DNA from: an uncultured virus (IMG/VR IMGVR_UViG_3300035208_000814)
Taxonomy: Duplodnaviria > Heunggongvirae > Uroviricota > Caudoviricetes
Strand: one strand, 5' to 3'
IMG/VR virus record: IMGVR_UViG_3300035208_000814
Length of the DNA stretch: 20,000 bases
Shown: positions 13,877 through 20,000 of the stretch, piece by piece
How positions within the stretch are numbered: position 1 is the stretch's first letter
Layout of the letters: each line of letters opens with the position of its first letter
The notes under the pieces: model-generated
Told to the model about the DNA's origin: nothing
The model's input: the letters and a program-made list of their open reading frames with translations, nothing else
Databases searched by the model: none
Translations under genes and position numbers: made by a program

Positions 13877-14065
13877 ATGTATGATACCGAAACGCTTTGG
13901 TTACTCTACACTATCGGCTGGTATGTGCTAGATCCCAAAGATATAACGATGAATGATCTAACGGGCACACCCGATTTTGTTATGGGTAATATATGTGATT
14001 CAATAGCGCGTGCCAATGGTCAACAAGTATCTTTTGAACATGACTTTGGCGACTGTGATGAATAA
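13877..14065 (+). CDS. Hypothetical protein (possible ATT start at 13841)
   Basis: ORF track; frame open back to ATT after GAGTGATTAC. Confidence 0.55.
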   Translation: MYDTETLWLLYTIGWYVLDPKDITMNDLTGTPDFVMGNICDSIARANGQQVSFEHDFGDCDE

Positions 14066-14091
14066 ACAGTAATACAAGGAGATGATACAAT

Positions 14092-16419
14092 ATAATAGAT
14101 GATAATATATGGATATGGACAGATAGCAAATGGTCTAAAGACTACAAAACCAATAAACCCCTTATAACTATTTATGCAAGAAATTTCTCAAATCACTCTT
14201 TAACTAAACAGTTTATAATCAAACACATTAAACCCTACTTTTATGCTGATCAACTCAAATGTGATTATGATAAATCCCTTTATAAAGTAATAGAGGGAGA
14301 TTGGGTAATTGATGCATTAGGTAGACGAGTCCAACAGACTTACGTTAACCTACCATCAGATGTACCTAAAGTCCGTGATTACTATGAGATAACAGATGAG
14401 GCTGACATTCTCTTTGACAAACGATACCTTATTGACAATCACATTTCATATGGATTTACCGAGAATGAAGATAACACTCTATCATCAGTTGAACTAGACA
14501 CTATACAAATTCCAAGAGTATTGTGGTTTGATATTGAAGTTAAATCACCACCGGGGATAATGCCCAAAGTAACCAATCCCATATGGCCTATAGTCTCCAT
14601 ACAAATCATGGATTCATACTCTAAAAAGATAGTTGTGATTACTAATGGCGTACCCAAAGTGGCCGATGATCAAATATCATGTGATTCAGAGAAAGAATTA
14701 TATGAGGTATTTCACGGCATAGTGCAGAAGATAGATCCCGATATATTGAGTGGTTGGTATTGTAATGGTTTTGATTTACCATACATTATACTACGTGCAA
14801 TCAGATTAAACATAGATACACGTAAATTGGGACGATCAGAATTACAGCAATGCTATGCTAAATTAGGTAATAAACATGGTAATGACAAGACAGACAAATG
14901 GAACATATCAGTTCCCGGTAGACAATGCTTTGATTTACTAGATGCCTTTAGAAAGTACTATGCCCCAAAGGGAGGGTTAGATGCATATGATTTAAAATCC
15001 GTTATTGCCAATAAGAAGGTGATGGAGGATAATGCATTTACATATAAAGATTACGGTGGATCAATTGAGCAACTATTCAACGATAAACAATGGGATGTGT
15101 TTCTACAGTATTGCCGTTATGATGTTATTGCATTAGATACTATAGACTCCAAGTTAAAGTTAATTGAATTCTATGAACAGTTACGTAAGACATCAGGGGT
15201 TAAGATAGAAGAGACTCTAATGAATAGTAGAGTAATTGAATCTATGATTATGCGTGCGGGGATTAAGCCCATGCCCACTAAATCCTATCTATACCATGAG
15301 ACTGAATCATTTGAAGGGGCAGTAGTATTAATCCCACCTTTAGGAGTACATAGTAATGTTGGTGTCGTTGATCTTAATGCATTATATCCCAATATCATCG
15401 TTGGTTTTAACATTAGCCCTGATATTGATGGCGTTATTCCTAGAGTCATTAAGACAGTCATGGAAGAAAGAGAAGTCTTACGCCGTCTTAAGAATGAGGG
15501 AAAAGCAGACGCGGTAATGAAGAATAAAGAACAAGTGTTGAAATATTTGGCTAATTCATTCTATGGTGTATTAGGTTGGGATAAATTCAGATTATATAAT
15601 CGTGATCAAGCCGCATTCATTACAAAGACAGGACGAGATTTAAATGCATACTTACAAACAATTGCTACATACTGTGGATACACGGTATTATATGGAGATA
15701 CAGACTCCGTGTTCATCGGTGAATTTCCGTCTGTTTCTGATGGATATAAATTTGAGAAAATATGCAATGATAGACTAGTAGAATGGTCAAAATCAAAAGG
15801 TTCAACTGTCAATTTCGGCTTAAAGTTTGAGAAACTCTACCGTAAAATCTTATTCAAGAAAGCAGTATCAGGTAAGATGGCTAAGAAGAGATACGCCGGA
15901 CATCTAATCTTCAAAGACGGGAGAGTAGTTGATGAATTAGATATGACAGGGGGAGAGACTAAACGATCTGATCAATCTGAAATCACAAAGGGTATCTTAC
16001 TTAACTTCTTACAAAAAGTTCTCATAGAGGATAAATACGAAGAAGCATTACATGACATTAAAATATTAGTGAAATCTGTTAAGCGCGGAGAAGTATCTAT
16101 CCACAAATTAGGCATACCTAGAGGAATTAAAGATCCAGATGGTGTTAATCCACATGCGCGCGGGGTAAAGAATTTAAGTTCACAATTCAACATTAATATA
16201 CCTGATGGTATTAAGCCAAGACTAATATACACTAAAGATAAAAACTACCCTGAATTGTGTATATATGAAGATGTAGATGAAGAGATGATTAAAGAGAGAT
16301 TTGACATCGACTATCCAATGTGTATTTCAAAGACAATTGAGAAGAAGATGAGGACTTACATTGAATCAATTGGAGAGAGTTGGGAAGTGATTGTGCTTGG
16401 ACAAAAACGATTCTGGTGA
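14092..16419 (+). CDS. polB: Family B DNA polymerase
   Basis: ExoI FDIEV, ExoII NGFDLPYI, ExoIII YCRYD, DLNALYP, KYLANSFYG, YGDTDS; frame open upstream of 14521 with KPYFY and EADILFDKRYLID; start inferred at ATA 14092. Confidence 0.95.
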   Translation: MIDDNIWIWTDSKWSKDYKTNKPLITIYARNFSNHSLTKQFIIKHIKPYFYADQLKCDYDKSLYKVIEGDWVIDALGRRVQQTYVNLPSDVPKVRDYYEITDEADILFDKRYLIDNHISYGFTENEDNTLSSVELDTIQIPRVLWFDIEVKSPPGIMPKVTNPIWPIVSIQIMDSYSKKIVVITNGVPKVADDQISCDSEKELYEVFHGIVQKIDPDILSGWYCNGFDLPYIILRAIRLNIDTRKLGRSELQQCYAKLGNKHGNDKTDKWNISVPGRQCFDLLDAFRKYYAPKGGLDAYDLKSVIANKKVMEDNAFTYKDYGGSIEQLFNDKQWDVFLQYCRYDVIALDTIDSKLKLIEFYEQLRKTSGVKIEETLMNSRVIESMIMRAGIKPMPTKSYLYHETESFEGAVVLIPPLGVHSNVGVVDLNALYPNIIVGFNISPDIDGVIPRVIKTVMEEREVLRRLKNEGKADAVMKNKEQVLKYLANSFYGVLGWDKFRLYNRDQAAFITKTGRDLNAYLQTIATYCGYTVLYGDTDSVFIGEFPSVSDGYKFEKICNDRLVEWSKSKGSTVNFGLKFEKLYRKILFKKAVSGKMAKKRYAGHLIFKDGRVVDELDMTGGETKRSDQSEITKGILLNFLQKVLIEDKYEEALHDIKILVKSVKRGEVSIHKLGIPRGIKDPDGVNPHARGVKNLSSQFNINIPDGIKPRLIYTKDKNYPELCIYEDVDEEMIKERFDIDYPMCISKTIEKKMRTYIESIGESWEVIVLGQKRFW

Positions 16420-16567
16420 CAACTATGAAAATCTACCAGATAATCATTTAATAGAACGACTATCAGAGTTACAACTGTTAATAGAAGAGAATGAGTCATA
16501 TCTTGATATGTTGAGAAAGAAGAGAACTAACATTTTACTAGAGTTATACAGGCGGGATTGTGATTAA
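16397..16567 (+). CDS. Small coiled-coil protein (56 aa)
   Basis: TTG after GTGA; fills the gap; TAATG overlap with the next gene. Confidence 0.5.
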   Translation: MDKNDSGDNYENLPDNHLIERLSELQLLIEENESYLDMLRKKRTNILLELYRRDCD

Positions 16568-16824
16568 TGTATAAAGAAGTTATAGATCCTATGGATATAA
16601 CAGCAGATATAGTTAAAATACATCAGGAGATGAGATTAATGAGGAATCCAGATAGAATGTATCCCATGTTAGAGATGCTACTGTCACTATGGCAGAAATA
16701 TCCCGACATGCGGTTAGGACAGTTAATTGAGAATGTTGCCGGACACAAAAACATGATCTGGAACATGGACGACAATGAGATGTATGATAAGATGGAAGAG
16801 ATTTATAAGAGAGGATGGACATGA
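16567..16824 (+). CDS. DUF1040/YihD-like protein
   Basis: MRNPDRM...LWQKYPDMRLGQLI pattern. Confidence 0.6.
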   Translation: MYKEVIDPMDITADIVKIHQEMRLMRNPDRMYPMLEMLLSLWQKYPDMRLGQLIENVAGHKNMIWNMDDNEMYDKMEEIYKRGWT

Positions 16825-17219
16825 CACTTAAAGAGTTAAGACAGATACAAGATGACATAGACACTCTTGAATTAGAGATTGATGATGTCAAGAAGAATAG
16901 TAATATCTATACTATGGAGAAGGAGTTAAAGATTATGAAGACAAATCTACAGTTTCTTCTTCAAAGTGCAATAAATGAAGGTAAGAAGGTAGAGGGCAAT
17001 CTTCATATAGTAAATAAAGGTAGAACATATCGTAAAGTCAGCCTATTCAAGTTGTCCAATTACGACTCTGACTTATTCAATGCATTTGTTGGATCTCCAC
17101 AGGGAACAGCAGATATTAAGAAGTTTACCGAGTGGATTGATGCGGGCATTGATGATATAGATATGGACGCTATTGTTACAGAGACTACAAAGAATAATTA
17201 TCAACTAGTGGAGGTTTAA
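16815..17219 (+). CDS. Hypothetical protein with N-terminal coiled coil
   Basis: ORF track; tight packing. Confidence 0.75.
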   Translation: MDMTLKELRQIQDDIDTLELEIDDVKKNSNIYTMEKELKIMKTNLQFLLQSAINEGKKVEGNLHIVNKGRTYRKVSLFKLSNYDSDLFNAFVGSPQGTADIKKFTEWIDAGIDDIDMDAIVTETTKNNYQLVEV

Positions 17220-17921
17220 ATGTATAATGATGCAATTAACGCACCCGACATAGCATCGGCACATTTACAAGTTATACGCCGTGTGTTAAATCAAGGGCAT
17301 AAGTTGACAACTGAGGATGACGAAGAGACAATAGAGTTGCCATACCCATTAATGGTTAACATCCAGAAACCCAATGACGGGTTTAGATTCATATCTGATA
17401 TAGGCTACTCTAAAGATTATCTAGACACATATGCTTACCAGATGGTTCATGATGGGACTAACAAAGAGGGGTTTGCATACACATATGGACAACGCTTACT
17501 AGAGTTTGACCAACTAGAAACAGCAATTGACAAGTTAATCCTTCATCCCGAATCACGCAGAGCCATAATTCACACATGGAGATTACCCGAAGATATGACT
17601 AACCGTTATCCACCTTGTTTACAAACTGTACAATTCACTATTAGAAGTAATCAACTCAATGCTGTAGCCACATTTAGATCCAATGATATGTTGAAGGCAT
17701 GGGGATGTAATGCTTATGGACTAGGGAAACTCATGGAGTATGTTACTAACTCAATCAATGATGATGGCTTTGACGAGTCTACAGATGTAAAATGCGGGGA
17801 GTTGATTACTATATCCAATTGTGCTCACATCTATTATATCAATGGTCAGGATGTCATTGAAAAAATAGCCAAGTTATGCCCTATCAATATGGTGAAAATT
17901 TATGGAGAGCATAAATCTTAA
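17220..17921 (+). CDS. thyA: Thymidylate synthase, archaeal ThyA-like
   Basis: FAYTYGQRL, SRRAI, catalytic PPCLQ, FRSND, specificity Asn in NAYGL, AHIY. Confidence 0.85.
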   Translation: MYNDAINAPDIASAHLQVIRRVLNQGHKLTTEDDEETIELPYPLMVNIQKPNDGFRFISDIGYSKDYLDTYAYQMVHDGTNKEGFAYTYGQRLLEFDQLETAIDKLILHPESRRAIIHTWRLPEDMTNRYPPCLQTVQFTIRSNQLNAVATFRSNDMLKAWGCNAYGLGKLMEYVTNSINDDGFDESTDVKCGELITISNCAHIYYINGQDVIEKIAKLCPINMVKIYGEHKS

Positions 17922-18594
17922 CATCCCCACATTTTACAAATTTGTATCAGCAGTTAGATTACTAGATACTTATGCCAACATTACATTTGACAAGGATGGT
18001 TACTCATCTAGTGTCACATCCCAATTCCAAATGGGTGTATTCTCTGTGAAAGAATCTAACGATTTAACGGAGCCATTATCACTAAACCTAGACGTTAAAA
18101 AGTTATTATCGGCATTACCATCTAAAGGTGTTGGGGAGTTAAAACTAACACATGATAATGGGCAATTAACAGTCACCATTGGTAAATCCAAGTATAAAAT
18201 GACTACAATCGTCAAACAGCAAATTAGAGAGTGTAAGCCCATTCAGCAGAAATTCCTAGAGGGCAATTTATTCTCTGTAAATAGTGTTGAATTATACAAG
18301 GCATTCAAGGCTGTTAAAGACTTTGCAGAGAATCAATCTACATTCTTCAAAGTATCATCTAATCTCCTTGAACTATATGATCCTGATGAGCAGTCTGTAC
18401 AGGGCATAACCATTGAGCATGAACCAACTGATACATTCGCATCAAAGTTAAATAACGATCTAATTGCCGACATAATAGAATACTTCTCTAAGTCAGACGA
18501 GACAGTAACTCTAAATCTGCTTAACGAATACCCATTAGCAATGCTAAACAGTGTATCTACAATAATAGTAGCCCCAATGGTAGAGGATGATTAA
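17902..18594 (+). CDS. PCNA-like sliding clamp
   Basis: 230 aa; two-domain alpha/beta pattern; C-terminal EYPL...IVAPMVED typical of PCNA; replication context. Confidence 0.75.
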   Translation: MESINLNIPTFYKFVSAVRLLDTYANITFDKDGYSSSVTSQFQMGVFSVKESNDLTEPLSLNLDVKKLLSALPSKGVGELKLTHDNGQLTVTIGKSKYKMTTIVKQQIRECKPIQQKFLEGNLFSVNSVELYKAFKAVKDFAENQSTFFKVSSNLLELYDPDEQSVQGITIEHEPTDTFASKLNNDLIADIIEYFSKSDETVTLNLLNEYPLAMLNSVSTIIVAPMVEDD

Positions 18595-18596
18595 TC

Positions 18597-18776
18597 ATGA
18601 AAACTGACTCGGAGAAACTTGATGAGTTACTATACTATGCCAGATTACAAGAATGGCGTAATACTGAACCCCGTATGACCCCAATGTATCTACCATTTGA
18701 TTCTGATATGGTATTACTTGAAAATAAACAATATAAGACATGGATTGAAATGAAACCAAAATTGGGGGAGGATTAA
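18597..18776 (+). CDS. Small hypothetical protein (59 aa)
   Basis: GAGG upstream; fills the gap between neighbours. Confidence 0.55.
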   Translation: MKTDSEKLDELLYYARLQEWRNTEPRMTPMYLPFDSDMVLLENKQYKTWIEMKPKLGED

Positions 18777-18965
18777 ATGATTAAAATTGTATGTGAATGT
18801 GATGAATGTAATGGTACATTTGATAGTGGATGTGTATCATTAGATGTTAAATCAGTAGATCCTCATGGAGACTGTCTGCCATCTATACTACACCATAGAT
18901 CGTTCTGTTCAGTATATTGTATGATGTCATACTTAAACAAATGGTTCTGGAATGGTGAGAAATAA
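18777..18965 (+). CDS. Small Zn-binding protein
   Basis: CDEC and FCSVYC motifs; GGAGG SD. Confidence 0.7.
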   Translation: MIKIVCECDECNGTFDSGCVSLDVKSVDPHGDCLPSILHHRSFCSVYCMMSYLNKWFWNGEK

Positions 18966-19129
18966 TGAAGATTTCGTATTTATTACATGAGTTATTATCA
19001 ATGTATGATGAGTGTGGTAATATAGATGTAGTATCGTTTAGTAATAACAATGAACAAATAACTTCTATAGATACCGTTGAATATGATGATGATGGGACTA
19101 TTATATTACGGGGAGAAACTCATGGTTGA
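18965..19129 (+). CDS. Small acidic hypothetical protein (54 aa)
   Basis: GGTGA SD; TAATG overlap; MKISYLLHELLSMYDECGNIDVV... Confidence 0.6.
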   Translation: MKISYLLHELLSMYDECGNIDVVSFSNNNEQITSIDTVEYDDDGTIILRGETHG

Positions 19130-19316
19130 GGCAACTGATTATAATACTGCATGTAATACACTTGCCAAGTTTATTTATATGAAAACATACGACATGACCG
19201 GGGAAGAGTTTGACTTACAACTATCCTATGAGTTAGAGTATGTATATCATAATGTATCACAGATTGTTAAGCAAATGATAGATTTAGACAAATTAGGAGA
19301 GGATAATCATAAGTGA
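19122..19316 (+). CDS. Hypothetical protein
   Basis: GGAG before ATG 19122; the track start 19077 overlaps the previous ORF. Confidence 0.6.
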   Translation: MVEATDYNTACNTLAKFIYMKTYDMTGEEFDLQLSYELEYVYHNVSQIVKQMIDLDKLGEDNHK

Positions 19317-20000
19317 TTTAAAATACAATGCAGATGGTAAACTAATGCTACGTAAGTCAATGTTAGAGGGATACTTCTTCTGCCCACAACAATTTAAGAA
19401 AGTCTACATGGACGGTAGTGAAGTTGAAGACAATTACGTAATGTCTACAGGGACAAGATTCCATGACTTTGCCTTCTGGTTCTTTGATGTATGTCAAGCA
19501 TTACCATGTGAAAGATGGATTGAACTTGCTCCAAAAAACTTCTGTACATACGAGAAGAACATGGCAACATGGTTTATAAAGAATGAGACTAATCGTTTCA
19601 TTGAATGTAATTTCAACTATAGTGAATTCTTACCAGTTCATAGAGAAATTTATTTAGAAGATCCAATTATGGGATTGTATGGTACATTAGATCGTATGGA
19701 TTATCATAAGGGCGCGTTGTGTACAGTTGAATACAAAACCGGAGCATCGTTTCACAAACCATCAATTACCAGACAACTTTCCTTCTACAAACTAATCTAT
19801 GACAATACTATTAACTATGGGGAAGTAAAATATCTAAAGTATATCAATCCAAGATTAGGTGTGGAGAAGATATTAGAGTTTACAGAGCAGATGAAAGATG
19901 ATTTAATCTATGATATTGCCCATTTACGTAATGCCATCAAAACTAACAACTTCCCTAGAAAATGCTTTGATAAAAAACTATTCATATGCCACAAAAGAGG
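19309..20000 (+). CDS. Cas4-like/PD-(D/E)XK exonuclease (partial, runs off window)
   Basis: FFCPQQF, GTRFH, GTLDRMD, VEYKTG, RQLSFY; start ATA 19309 or ATG 19345. Confidence 0.85.
   Translation, partial: MSDLKYNADGKLMLRKSMLEGYFFCPQQFKKVYMDGSEVEDNYVMSTGTRFHDFAFWFFDVCQALPCERWIELAPKNFCTYEKNMATWFIKNETNRFIECNFNYSEFLPVHREIYLEDPIMGLYGTLDRMDYHKGALCTVEYKTGASFHKPSITRQLSFYKLIYDNTINYGEVKYLKYINPRLGVEKILEFTEQMKDDLIYDIAHLRNAIKTNNFPRKCFDKKLFICHKR

Noticed and set aside
17220..17921. dCMP hydroxymethylase / modified-base pathway
   Set aside because: Retains the Asn associated with dUMP specificity and no modification genes are adjacent
919..18242. Minus-strand ORFs and nested alternative-frame ORFs (e.g. 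6072-6275, 10184-10402)
   Set aside because: Antisense or out-of-frame to well-supported plus-strand genes, with no motifs

Overview
AT-rich, densely packed, all plus-strand segment that is most consistent with a tailed virus of an archaeon, possibly a methanogen (inference). Support: archaeal TATA-type promoters, GGTGA/GGAGG Shine-Dalgarno motifs, CCA-less tRNAs with an archaeal-type C1-G72 tRNA-Tyr, PCNA, family B polymerase and archaeal-type thymidylate synthase. Left part: 13 canonical tRNA genes interleaved with aberrant tRNA-like and other structured RNAs, followed by a Nampt-family gene. Centre: a promoter, an array of four covarying stem-loop RNAs (candidate Y RNAs), and a Ro60/TROVE gene split in two by an HNH endonuclease ORF. 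The junctions of that insertion are mutually complementary, so it is either an archaeal-type intron or a split gene. Right part: replication module (OB-fold SSB, Sak4/AAA_24 ATPase, PolB whose N-terminal domain lacks an ATG/GTG/TTG start, thymidylate synthase, PCNA, Cas4-like nuclease). The most interesting candidate system is a viral Ro60 + multi-Y-RNA + tRNA-mimic RNA module. All structures were derived by eye and no searches were run.
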